Shown here: piece by piece, positions 26,810 through 35,184 of the stretch
Layout: each line of letters starts with the position of its first letter
How positions within the stretch are numbered: the first letter of the stretch is position 1
Source: Propionibacteriales bacterium
GTDB taxonomy: Bacteria; Actinomycetota; Actinomycetes; Propionibacteriales; Nocardioidaceae
Direction: 5' to 3'
Assembly: GCA_009377795.1 (NCBI GenBank)
Contig: WHTJ01000019.1
Location: 1-40,138 of the forward strand
DNA: 40,138 nucleotides
The notes under the pieces: generated by a model
The model's database searches: none
Told to the model about the DNA's origin: nothing
What the model saw: the letters and a program-made list of their open reading frames with translations, nothing else
Position numbers and translations under genes: made by a program

Positions 26810-27836
26810 GTCTCACCCCCTGCTGGTCGTCCTCCGGTGATGCCGCGTGGTAGTAGTGTCTCGGCTCGGTCGGCGGTCCGGCCTCGTCATGCTCCGGCGG
26901 CGGCGGAGGCGGCGGCGGCGGAGGCACGGAGTCCGCCGGCTGCCCGGCCGGCCGGCCCTCGGACTCGGCGAGATGCGGCTGCTGCCATGGTTGCGGCTCG
27001 ACCTGCATGTGCCACTCCCCCTCCGCTTCCTGCTGCGGCCATGCGTCGTACGGCTGGTCGGCGGGCACGAAGAACGGCGCTACCGCCCGCGAGAGATCAC
27101 CGGCGACCTGGCGGGCCGACCTGACCAGCGCCGTACGATCCGGGCGGCCGGTCACCGCGCCGGCGAAGATCTGGGCGCCCTGCGGATCCCACGCCAGCAC
27201 CCACTTGTAGGAGATCGGAACGTCCATCTGGTCGAGGGCGGCGAACACCTCTCGGACGGCCTCCCGCTTCTTCTTCGGGTCGGCGACCACCATGACGGCG
27301 ATCGGCACACCGTGCGGGTTCGCCGGGTCGAGATCGCGGGCGAGGACGTTGATGCGCTCGCGGAGGTGGACGACGCTGGAGGGCTCGGTGTCGCAGACCA
27401 TCACCAGCAGCCGGGCGGAGCGCATGAGCGCGTTCTGCGGAGTCTGCGCGCCGCAGCGTCCCAGGTCCGCGAGCACGTCGTACCCCTGCAGGCCGTCGAA
27501 GATCGATCCCAGCTGCGGCCACATGTTGCCGATTCCGGCTGCCTGCTCGGGTACCCGGAGGCCGACGAGGACGTCCAGGCCGCCGATCACCTGCTGGGTG
27601 TGGCTGAGCAGCAGATCCGAGCGCAGCCCGCGACGGCCGGCCGCGGCGAGGGTGACGAGTCCGCGGTCGGCGTCGAGCACGCCGCCGTCGAGCGCGGGCA
27701 TGCGGATGGCGATATCGCTGCCTGCGGTGTCGCACTCGGCGACCACGACCGGCCGGGGCCACAACGCGCCGATGGCCAGGGCCGCGGTGGTCGCACCGGG
27801 TGATCCCTTGGACGAGGCGAACGCGACCAGCGCCAT
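26802..27836 (-). CDS. tadZ: TadZ/CpaE-like ParA/MinD-fold pilus localisation protein with a degenerate Walker A and a poly-Pro/acidic tail
   Basis: The N-terminal ASSKGSPGATTAALAIG corresponds to the deviant Walker A KGGxGKTT, but the GK[ST] Lys is replaced (GATT). The C-terminus has PPPPPPPPPPPEHDE. Gene position between cpaB and tadA. Confidence 0.6.
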   Translation of the reverse strand: MALVAFASSKGSPGATTAALAIGALWPRPVVVAECDTAGSDIAIRMPALDGGVLDADRGLVTLAAAGRRGLRSDLLLSHTQQVIGGLDVLVGLRVPEQAAGIGNMWPQLGSIFDGLQGYDVLADLGRCGAQTPQNALMRSARLLVMVCDTEPSSVVHLRERINVLARDLDPANPHGVPIAVMVVADPKKKREAVREVFAALDQMDVPISYKWVLAWDPQGAQIFAGAVTGRPDRTALVRSARQVAGDLSRAVAPFFVPADQPYDAWPQQEAEGEWHMQVEPQPWQQPHLAESEGRPAGQPADSVPPPPPPPPPPEHDEAGPPTEPRHYYHAASPEDDQQGVRHD

Positions 27837-28612
27837 CAGCGTGCGCCCGCGTTCCCGCGATCCGACGACACCTCTGCGTCCTCGGAGTCCTCGGGCGATG
27901 TGACGGTCAGGATCGCCGTACCGCTGCCGCTCGCACCGGCCACCGCCGACGTGTCGTTCGCCCGGACGAGCAGGGTGACGTGCAGGCCCTGGGTGGCTCC
28001 GGTCACCCCACCTTGGGAGTTCGCTCCGGCGGAGCCGACGTCGATCACGACGCCGGTGCCGGCGAGGGAGGCCGCAGCGCCCTGGTCCTCGGCGGACCAG
28101 ATCTGCACTTGGTCGTTGATCGCCAGCCCGGTGGGCGCCTGCTCGGGCGTCAGGACCATGCCGACCTTCTCATAGCCTGACGGGAACGGATCGCTCTTGG
28201 CGAACATCGAGCGGGTCGCGAGGGTTCCGGCCGGGTAGTTGCCGGTCGACATCATGCCGATCATCCCGGACGCCTCCTCGACGGTCATGACCTCGGGCGC
28301 GGCGACAGGCCCCGCGGACTCCACCTCGTCGAGCGTCATCGGCACCCGGCGGAGGTCGCCCTGCTCGATGACTTGGCCGCGGCCCAGCTCCACGCCGAGG
28401 TAGGCGTACTCCGTGCGGTCGGCCAGGCGCAGCGCCATCAGGCCCGCCGCGGCCGCACCGCCGACGATAAGAAGCACCGCGAGTACGGCGAGGAGGGGCC
28501 GTCGCTCGCGGTTGGAGGGAAGCCGTGATCCCGTCCCCACCCCGCGAGCGTTGCGTCTGCGGGCGGGAGCTTCGGTCGATGCCATGAGTACCCCAAGGGT
28601 GAGAACAATCAA
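27836..28612 (-). CDS. cpaB: CpaB/RcpC family Flp pilus assembly protein (SAF domain). The probable true start is the ATG at 28585 (MASTEAP...).
   Basis: It has an N-terminal TM anchor (LLAVLAVLLIVGGAAAAGLMAL), a SAF-like beta domain and a Gly/Ala/Ser-rich C-terminus. It is the first gene of the tad operon. Confidence 0.65.
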   Translation of the reverse strand: MIVLTLGVLMASTEAPARRRNARGVGTGSRLPSNRERRPLLAVLAVLLIVGGAAAAGLMALRLADRTEYAYLGVELGRGQVIEQGDLRRVPMTLDEVESAGPVAAPEVMTVEEASGMIGMMSTGNYPAGTLATRSMFAKSDPFPSGYEKVGMVLTPEQAPTGLAINDQVQIWSAEDQGAAASLAGTGVVIDVGSAGANSQGGVTGATQGLHVTLLVRANDTSAVAGASGSGTAILTVTSPEDSEDAEVSSDRGNAGAR

Positions 28613-28780
28613 ACATCCGCTGGCTGTGACGGAGGGTCACATATCCAAGGACACGATATGCGGTTTGTCCACAAGTGAACAGCGCGGGCCTGGACCGTCA
28701 CCACGGGTGGTCGTAGGCTCCGGGAGCGGACCCGATCCAGGATGAGCCGTCGGTGACCCCCTCGTGGTCTAACGTCTCAT

Positions 28781-28794
28781 GCACGACGTCGTGC
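28781..28794. promoter_or_regulatory. Perfect 14-bp palindrome GCACGACGTCGTGC in the divergent cpaB / WXG100 intergenic region
   Basis: Read directly from sequence. It lies 40 nt upstream of the WXG100 ATG and about 170 to 190 nt upstream of cpaB on the other strand. This is the size and symmetry expected of a dimeric regulator operator. Confidence 0.35.
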
Positions 28795-28834
28795 CGAACC
28801 CCGGCACGTGAACGAATATGTGAAGGAGTTCGAC

Positions 28835-29104
28835 ATGCCCGCAGAGTTCCTTGGGATGAGCATCCCTGAGGCCGAAGCTCTGGAGAGCCGCCTCGACCAG
28901 GCGCAGCAGGCCATCAACGGCGAACGCACCCAGACCGTCAGCCAGGCCGAGAGCACCGGCTGGACCGGCGCCAACCGGGACCGGTTCATGGAGGCGATGG
29001 ATCAGCTCGGTGGCTCCATCCAGGGCTGCGAGAACGCTCTGGCCGAGGCTCGCCAAGCGGTGCAGCGGCAGAAGGAAGCCATCATCCAGGTCACCGGCGG
29101 CTGA
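28835..29104 (+). CDS. WXG100 family protein (EsxA/EsxB-like type VII secretion substrate)
   Basis: 89 aa from the ATG at 28835, with a strong SD (gaaggag) 6 nt upstream. A helical hairpin has the central motif STGWTGAN (W-x-G). The track's GTG at 28808 is a less likely start. Confidence 0.7.
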   Translation: MPAEFLGMSIPEAEALESRLDQAQQAINGERTQTVSQAESTGWTGANRDRFMEAMDQLGGSIQGCENALAEARQAVQRQKEAIIQVTGG

Positions 29105-29123
29105 AGCCCCGGATCTCTTCAGG

Positions 29124-29159
29124 GGGCGGCCGGTCCGGCTCGATCGGCCGCCCTTTGTC
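29124..29159 (+). terminator. Intrinsic terminator after the WXG100 gene
   Basis: gggcggccg - 12-nt loop - cggccgccc followed by tttgtc, giving a 9-bp GC stem plus a T-tract. Confidence 0.5.
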
Positions 29160-29306
29160 ATGCCCGGCAGCGAGAACCGTCTGCGCGTTGTGGGTCTGGA
29201 AACGGTGGTCGATATGCCCGTCTGGGCCCCGTCTGTGGGTATTGGGTCGGAGGACGGTGGCGGATCTGGGGCCACCTCGCGCCATTGCGTTAGCGGCGCG
29301 ACCCGC

Positions 29307-32300
29307 CTATTCGCGCGGGACCGCCCGTGGATTCGGGGAGTCCAGGTCGGCCGCGACCTGGATCGACTCGTGACGCCCGGTCCTGACCATGAAGCCACGG
29401 CCGACCGGCATCCCGCCCGCCGTGCTGCGCGGTAGCCGCAGGCCGAAGATCTCGCCGTCGGTGTGTGACAACGGGTTCAGCAGTACGCCGGCGCGGTTCT
29501 TCTTGATCGCGACGACGGGCCCGCGGTACATCGAGGCCAGCTCGTCGGTCGTGCCCGCCGCCACGACCAGGTTGCCGGTGTCTCGCACCCGGCGTACCCG
29601 CTCGTTGATCAGGTCGACCAGCCCGCCGTCCTGGCCGAGCAGCTCGAGATCGTCTATCACCAGGGCGTTCGGGGCGGGCAGCGATGTCACGGCCTTGCGC
29701 ATCTCTTCGGGGTCGGCGTCGGCCCCGTACACCGCGGTCACTCCCCTGGTACCCGTCAGGTCCCGCAGCGGGCTGCGCCGCGGGACGATCACCACGACCC
29801 GCCATTTCTGCGAGACCATGGACCGGATTATGGTCATCAGAGTCGTACTCCTGCCCGACCGCGGCGGGCCGGTGACCAGCAGCGCCGGGCCGTGCTCGTA
29901 ACCGTCGAACGCGCGGACCCCCAAGGTGTCGCCGCCGACGCCTACCAGGAACTCGGTCTTCTGCAGGCGCGTCTCCGCAAGCTCGAGCGCGTCCGCGACG
30001 GTGATCGAGGCGGGCAGCGGATCCACCCGGAACGGCCGCCTGGCCGGCTCGATGTCATGCAGCGCGGGCGCGTGCTGTGCGATTCGCTGTAGCTCGGCGA
30101 CCTGCGCCGTACCGTCGTCGTCCTCCGTCAGCAACGCGACCTGGGTCTCCCGCAGCCCCGCGGCCCGGAACCCGCGACCGGGCGGGTAGTGCTCGGGAAC
30201 CTCCTTCTTCGGCAACCCGATGACGGTGACGTCCTGCGGATCGGTCAGACGAAGCACCAGCTTGTCCTCGAACAACGTCGAGACGCGGCCCATCAGACCG
30301 GTGCGGTCGACGGTCGCCACGACCTTGACGCCGACGCCGGCGCCCTCCTGGAGGATCTGCATCCAGGCGTCGATCAACCTTCCGGAGTCGACCATGTCGT
30401 ACGCCGCGACGAACCCTTCCCAGCGGTCGAGGAGCACGAGAAGGTACGGGAGCCGCTCCTCCGGCGGGCTGGCCGCCCGCTGCTCGCGGATATCCGAAAA
30501 TCCCTTCATGGCAAGGCTTTGCTGCCGCTGCGCGATCTCCGCCTGAAGGCGCGCCGTGAGCCGGGTGAGCCGGTCGGTCTGTTCCCGGCTGACCACGGCG
30601 CCGGTGTGCGGCAGGCTCACCAGCGGCAGGAGCGCGTTGTTGCCGCAGTCGAAGCCGTAGACGTGCACGTCCCGCGGGTCGACGAGCCGCCCGACCGCGC
30701 CCGCGACGGCCCGCAGCGCCGACGACCGGCCGGACCGCGGGGCTCCCACCACGGCGAGGTGCCCGCCGGAGCTCAGGTCGAGGGTCGCCACCTCGCGGGA
30801 CTGCTCGCTGGGTACGTCGGCCATCCCGAACGGGATCGGCGGAACCACGCCGTTCCGGGACGGCTCAGGCAGCTCCATGTCGTCCAGCGTCACGATGTCG
30901 GGCAGCGGCGGAAGCCACGGGCTCGGCGGCGTGTCGATCTCGGTGAGCCGCTGCGTCTCCTGAAGCGCCGTGACGAGGGTCGCCAGGTCGGTCGGCACGG
31001 AGGCGTCGTCCTCGGCCTGGCCACCGCCGAGCTGGACCGGTCGGGCCAGGTCGGACCACCGCAGTGGCTTGACGTTGATCGCGGCGTCCACCACGCCCGG
31101 TGGCTTGCCTCCGACCCGGGCGGTCTGGAACGGGATCAGCGACGTGTGCCCGAGCCGGGCGAAGGCCCGGCCGGGCGTCGACTTCCCGATGTACGCGGAG
31201 TCCGGCGCCTCGATGACGTCCTTGCTGTCCTCGACGTCGGTCACCCGCAGGGCGATTCGCAGGTTGGTGTTCGCCTTGATGTCGGCGGTGACGACGCCGG
31301 CCGGGCGCTGGGTGGCCAGGATGAGGTGTACGCCGAGGGAGCGCCCCCGACGGGCGATGTCGACGATGCCTGTCACGAAGTCGGGTAGCTCGGTCACCAT
31401 CGCGGCGAACTCGTCGATGACGATCAGCAGCCGGGGCATCGGCTCGTCGCCGGGCCCCATGCCCGCGAGGTAGTCCTCGATGTCCTTCGCGTTGGCCTGC
31501 TTGAGCTGGTGCTCCCGCCGGTGGAGCTCGGCGGCCAGAGACTGCAGGGCCCGGGTCGTGAGATGGCCGTCGAGGTCGGTGACCATTCCGACGGTGTGCG
31601 GTAGGTGGTTGCAGTCCTTGAACGCGGCGCCGCCCTTGTAGTCCACAAGCACGAACGTCATCTCGTCCGGCCGGTTCCCCACCGCCAGCGAGGCGATGAT
31701 GGTCTGGAGTAGTTCGGACTTGCCCGCGCCCGTCGTACCCGCGAGCAGGCCGTGCGGACCATCACGCACCATGTCGATCGCGAACGGACCCTCTGCTCCC
31801 TCGCCGAGGACCGCCTGCGTGGTGCGCCCGCCGCGGGTCCAGATCTGCGCGAGCCGCTCCGGGTCGGGGGGATCCAGGCTGAGCACGTTGAGCAGCCGGC
31901 TCGAGCCGGGCAGGGCAAGGCCGGCGTCGTCACCGGAGACGTCCCGGATCGGCGACAGCGAACGCGCCAGCCGCTCACACCACGCGATCGACACCAGGTC
32001 CGGGCGCAGGCCGTCGACGGTCTTCTCCGACATCCGCCGCAGCCGCAGCCACGGACCGTGGCTGGTCACCACGGCCATGGCCTCGTCGGGGAGCTGGCGC
32101 TCGTCGGCGTCGAGGCAGATGAAGTACACCCCGACGGCCGGGCCCTCCTTGAGCAGGCTCACGACGCCGGGGAGCAGCCGGAGCCTGCGGGCGCCGTCCA
32201 TCAGCACGACGACCTGCTCACCGACCGGACCCGCCGGACGGCCGGTGAGGGGGTTCCCGGACGCCTTGGCCCGGGTCTCCACGAGCCGGCTCAGCTCGGC

Positions 32301-33890
32301 GATCCGTTTCATGGTGGTCTCGTCGTCGCTGCCGATCGACGACACATACGCCGCGTCGTCCTCTCCCCGGCTGTGCGGAAGCCAGCGGACCCAGTTCCAG
32401 TGTGGTTCGGCGTCCGGGGGGCACAGCACGCTCAGCCGCAGGTCCGCCGGGCTGTGTAACGCCGCGAGCTGGGCGAGCATCCAGCCGCCGATCTGGCGGG
32501 CGAAATCCCCCGCACCGGCCAGGCCGACCACTCCGGTGTTGGGCAGCAGGATGGAGGCCGGGACGTCCGGTGCAGACCACTCGACCTTGCGCTGATGGTC
32601 CTCCCGCGAGGAGTCATCGAGCTCGACCTCGCTGGGGAGGTCGCCGCTGCCGATCCGCACCTCGAGCCAGTCGGGATCACTTGGCCGGCGTTCCCACAGC
32701 CGTGCCCGGGGACCGGTGGCGAGGAGCAACAACGCGGCTGGGTCGGGCAGGTCGCGCCGTCTCGCCGCGCGCTCGATCCACAGTGCGCGCCGGGCGTCGC
32801 GCTCGACCGCCTTCGTGCGCTCGACCCACTTCTTCATGTCGTCCCGGTAGCGGTGCTTGCCCTGCTTCTTGTTGTTGAAGTAGTTGCTCATGTACATCAA
32901 CGGCCCCATCAGGCCGAAGATCAGGAAGAACCACCGCTGGAAGATCGTCGCGATGAGGACCGCACCGACCGGCGGGATAATCAGCATCATCAGCGGGAAG
33001 GCTTGCCGGGACGGCTTGTCGGGCTTCCGCGGCAGCTTGAACTCGGTCTGCCGCTTGGGCGGCAGCAGCCGCGGCGGCCGGTTGAAGTCGAGGGTCACCC
33101 CTTCAGGGCTGCTCGACAGCGACGCGTCGGGCGGCTGCACGGGCGCGAGGCTCATGAGGACCGTGCCCACCGTCACGACGCCGCCGGGCAGCCAGCGGTC
33201 GGTCTGATCCAAAGGCTTGCGGTCGAGCTCGATCAGGGCGGGCTCGGTGCCCGGATCGAGAACGTGGGTCTTATCGGCCTCGCCAGTCTCCGTGGGTACG
33301 ACGACCGGTCCGGACTCCTCGTCGGCCGGGCGATAGAGCCCATGGAGCCCGATCGCCTGGGGCGCCGGCCGGAGCGTCACGTCGCCGCTCGGTGCGACAT
33401 CGACGTACGCCGCGGTCGGCGGCAGATGGGCGTCGGCCAGCCGGATCGCGGCGTTCGGATCGGATCCGATCGCGAAGCTGCCGATGCCCAGCCGGTGGAC
33501 GTCCCCCGCGCCCGGGCCGCCCACGACGCGGATCTCCACGAGCCCCTCCGGCTCGGGCGGTGGGCAGCCGCGCGGATCGCCGAGGCTCACCACGACCCCT
33601 TCGCGGATCGGCGAGTCCACCAGCTGCTGCATCGGGTCCAGCCGCTCGCCGTTCACGAACATCGGTTTGGTCCCCCCGTTGCCACTGACACCCCCGCGCG
33701 CGGCGAGTGTGCTGTGGAGGTCGACCACCGTCCCCGAGGACGCCGCGGACGCCTGGGCGGGTGCGGCCTGTTCGAACAACGCCTCCAGCTTCGGCGCCGC
33801 CTGGCCCACGGTCACCTCCGGATCGGAGTCCAGTACGACGTCGCAGAGGGCGTCGCGCTCCGGATCGACCACGGTGAGCATGACGCGCAT
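29307..33890 (-). CDS. eccC: FtsK/SpoIIIE-family type VII secretion ATPase with three P-loop domains and an N-terminal FHA-like cytoplasmic region (EssC-type architecture rather than actinobacterial EccC)
   Basis: 1527 aa. There are three Walker A sites (GTTGAGKSE, GAPRSGRSS, GPPRSGRST) with matching Walker B/DE motifs. About 290 aa precede the TM segment (FPLMMLIIPPVGAVLIATIFQRWFFLIFGLMGPLMYM), including the FHA-like LVEIRVVGGPGAGDVHRLGIGSFAIGSDPNAAIRLADAHLPPTAAYVDVAPSGDVTLRP. Confidence 0.85.
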   Translation of the reverse strand: MRVMLTVVDPERDALCDVVLDSDPEVTVGQAAPKLEALFEQAAPAQASAASSGTVVDLHSTLAARGGVSGNGGTKPMFVNGERLDPMQQLVDSPIREGVVVSLGDPRGCPPPEPEGLVEIRVVGGPGAGDVHRLGIGSFAIGSDPNAAIRLADAHLPPTAAYVDVAPSGDVTLRPAPQAIGLHGLYRPADEESGPVVVPTETGEADKTHVLDPGTEPALIELDRKPLDQTDRWLPGGVVTVGTVLMSLAPVQPPDASLSSSPEGVTLDFNRPPRLLPPKRQTEFKLPRKPDKPSRQAFPLMMLIIPPVGAVLIATIFQRWFFLIFGLMGPLMYMSNYFNNKKQGKHRYRDDMKKWVERTKAVERDARRALWIERAARRRDLPDPAALLLLATGPRARLWERRPSDPDWLEVRIGSGDLPSEVELDDSSREDHQRKVEWSAPDVPASILLPNTGVVGLAGAGDFARQIGGWMLAQLAALHSPADLRLSVLCPPDAEPHWNWVRWLPHSRGEDDAAYVSSIGSDDETTMKRIAELSRLVETRAKASGNPLTGRPAGPVGEQVVVLMDGARRLRLLPGVVSLLKEGPAVGVYFICLDADERQLPDEAMAVVTSHGPWLRLRRMSEKTVDGLRPDLVSIAWCERLARSLSPIRDVSGDDAGLALPGSSRLLNVLSLDPPDPERLAQIWTRGGRTTQAVLGEGAEGPFAIDMVRDGPHGLLAGTTGAGKSELLQTIIASLAVGNRPDEMTFVLVDYKGGAAFKDCNHLPHTVGMVTDLDGHLTTRALQSLAAELHRREHQLKQANAKDIEDYLAGMGPGDEPMPRLLIVIDEFAAMVTELPDFVTGIVDIARRGRSLGVHLILATQRPAGVVTADIKANTNLRIALRVTDVEDSKDVIEAPDSAYIGKSTPGRAFARLGHTSLIPFQTARVGGKPPGVVDAAINVKPLRWSDLARPVQLGGGQAEDDASVPTDLATLVTALQETQRLTEIDTPPSPWLPPLPDIVTLDDMELPEPSRNGVVPPIPFGMADVPSEQSREVATLDLSSGGHLAVVGAPRSGRSSALRAVAGAVGRLVDPRDVHVYGFDCGNNALLPLVSLPHTGAVVSREQTDRLTRLTARLQAEIAQRQQSLAMKGFSDIREQRAASPPEERLPYLLVLLDRWEGFVAAYDMVDSGRLIDAWMQILQEGAGVGVKVVATVDRTGLMGRVSTLFEDKLVLRLTDPQDVTVIGLPKKEVPEHYPPGRGFRAAGLRETQVALLTEDDDGTAQVAELQRIAQHAPALHDIEPARRPFRVDPLPASITVADALELAETRLQKTEFLVGVGGDTLGVRAFDGYEHGPALLVTGPPRSGRSTTLMTIIRSMVSQKWRVVVIVPRRSPLRDLTGTRGVTAVYGADADPEEMRKAVTSLPAPNALVIDDLELLGQDGGLVDLINERVRRVRDTGNLVVAAGTTDELASMYRGPVVAIKKNRAGVLLNPLSHTDGEIFGLRLPRSTAGGMPVGRGFMVRTGRHESIQVAADLDSPNPRAVPRE

Positions 33891-34195
33891 AGGCGCTCCT
33901 TCGAGGTCCGCGTCTTTACCGTGTAGAGCTTACGAGACCTCGGTCGAATCGTCCGCGGCCGGCCACGGTGTGTAGGCGCCGATGACCCTTCCCCTCGATA
34001 GGCTGCGTCGAACGCGCGTGAGTAGACGGGAGCGGGCATGCTTGGTTACTCGGTGGAAACCCACGGACCCTGCGTGAAGAGGCGACGCAGGTCGAGTCCG
34101 TGGGCGACGACTGCGAGTCGGCCGGTGACGCCGTGTGGCGCGAGAGCCGGAACGCCGCCCAGGTGGTGCGGTACGGCGGCTTCGAGCTGAGGCCG

Positions 34196-34582
34196 ATGGC
34201 CGACGGTGGACCGGCCGTGTCCTCGACCCACAGCCAGGGCATCGCTCCTGGCGGTTGCTACCCGCCGAGCGACTGGGCACCCCCGCTGCCACGTCCGTCC
34301 GAGGCGGAGGAGCAGCTCGCGGAGGCACTGGAGCGGTTCGCGGACGCCCGGGAGCGTCTCGGCGACACCCTGGAAACCTCGCTTCGTGACCAGGCGGAGG
34401 AGCTCCGGCAGGGCGCAGAGGACCTGGAGAACTGGGATCGTCCCCCGATCTGCTGGCCGCCGTACCCTCCCCCGACCAGCCCGGAGTTCCCCCCGGCGTA
34501 CTGGCGAGACCAGTTCCCGAGGACGCTCACGACGGCACCTGACGTCGCGCAGGCGAGGGAGGCGACCGATGCCGACGCCTGA
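34196..34582 (+). CDS. Small Pro/Cys/Trp-motif protein (128 aa) and paralogue of the next gene: MADGGPAVSSTHSQGIAPGGCYPPSDW... helical core ...DRPPICWPPYPPP
   Basis: GC3 is high. There is a GAGG 6 nt before the ATG, and the gene overlaps the next gene by 14 nt. It shares the SQGIAPGGCYP and PIC[W/I]PP motifs with the ORF at 34569..35180. The track's 34100 start is upstream read-through. Confidence 0.5.
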   Translation: MADGGPAVSSTHSQGIAPGGCYPPSDWAPPLPRPSEAEEQLAEALERFADARERLGDTLETSLRDQAEELRQGAEDLENWDRPPICWPPYPPPTSPEFPPAYWRDQFPRTLTTAPDVAQAREATDADA

Positions 34583-35180
34583 CGACGACCACCTCTCGCT
34601 GTACTACCCAGGACCACCGTCCGACCGCGCGGAGCGGGCCGAGGAGATCCGCAACCTGGCGCGGAACCTCGGCGAGATCGCGGCCGACGTCGAGCAGCAG
34701 GCCGACCGTTACGCCCGATCCGCCGAACGGGTCGAGCAGGACTGGCATGGGCCCCGAGCCACCACCTGGCTGCTGGGCGCCCGTTTCACCGCGGGCAGGC
34801 TGCGGAGGTACGCACAGGCGGTGGAGGACTGCGCGCACGAGCTGCGCAACTACGCCCACCTGCTGGACGGGCCGGTGTTCACCCCACCGGTCTATGGCCG
34901 GGCCGACTCGAGCCAGGGCATTGCGCCCGGCGGATGCTACCCGGACGGGACTGGGAGCATCGAGTCCGAGACAATGCGCATCGCCGAGCGGATCTCCTGG
35001 CTGGCGTACGACATCATGGCGTGGGGACCGATCTGCATCCCGCCCGTGATGTGGCCTCAGCGCTCGATTCCGTTCCAACCCGCTCCGGAATCAGCAGAGG
35101 TGCGCCCTGCCGAGGACATGACCTGCCGGACCAGCGCGGCGCACCGCATCGTCGGCTTCGTTCCCTCGGCAGACGGCTGA
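34569..35180 (+). CDS. WXG-like helical-hairpin protein (203 aa) with a C-terminal Cys/Trp/Pro motif domain; candidate T7SS substrate
   Basis: The N-terminal ~100 aa are helical with a central W-x-G (VEQDWHGPRATTW), as in WXG100/EsxB-like proteins. The C-terminal domain carries SQGIAPGGCYP...WGPICIPPVMWPQ. Confidence 0.5.
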   Translation: MPTPDDDHLSLYYPGPPSDRAERAEEIRNLARNLGEIAADVEQQADRYARSAERVEQDWHGPRATTWLLGARFTAGRLRRYAQAVEDCAHELRNYAHLLDGPVFTPPVYGRADSSQGIAPGGCYPDGTGSIESETMRIAERISWLAYDIMAWGPICIPPVMWPQRSIPFQPAPESAEVRPAEDMTCRTSAAHRIVGFVPSADG

Positions 35181-35184
35181 GCCG

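Noticed and set aside
28808-28834. GTG at 28808 as the WXG100 start (track ORF)
   Set aside because: The ATG at 28835 has a near-consensus SD (GAAGGAG) at optimal spacing and gives a canonical ~90-aa WXG100 protein. The GTG extension adds 9 residues with no RBS.
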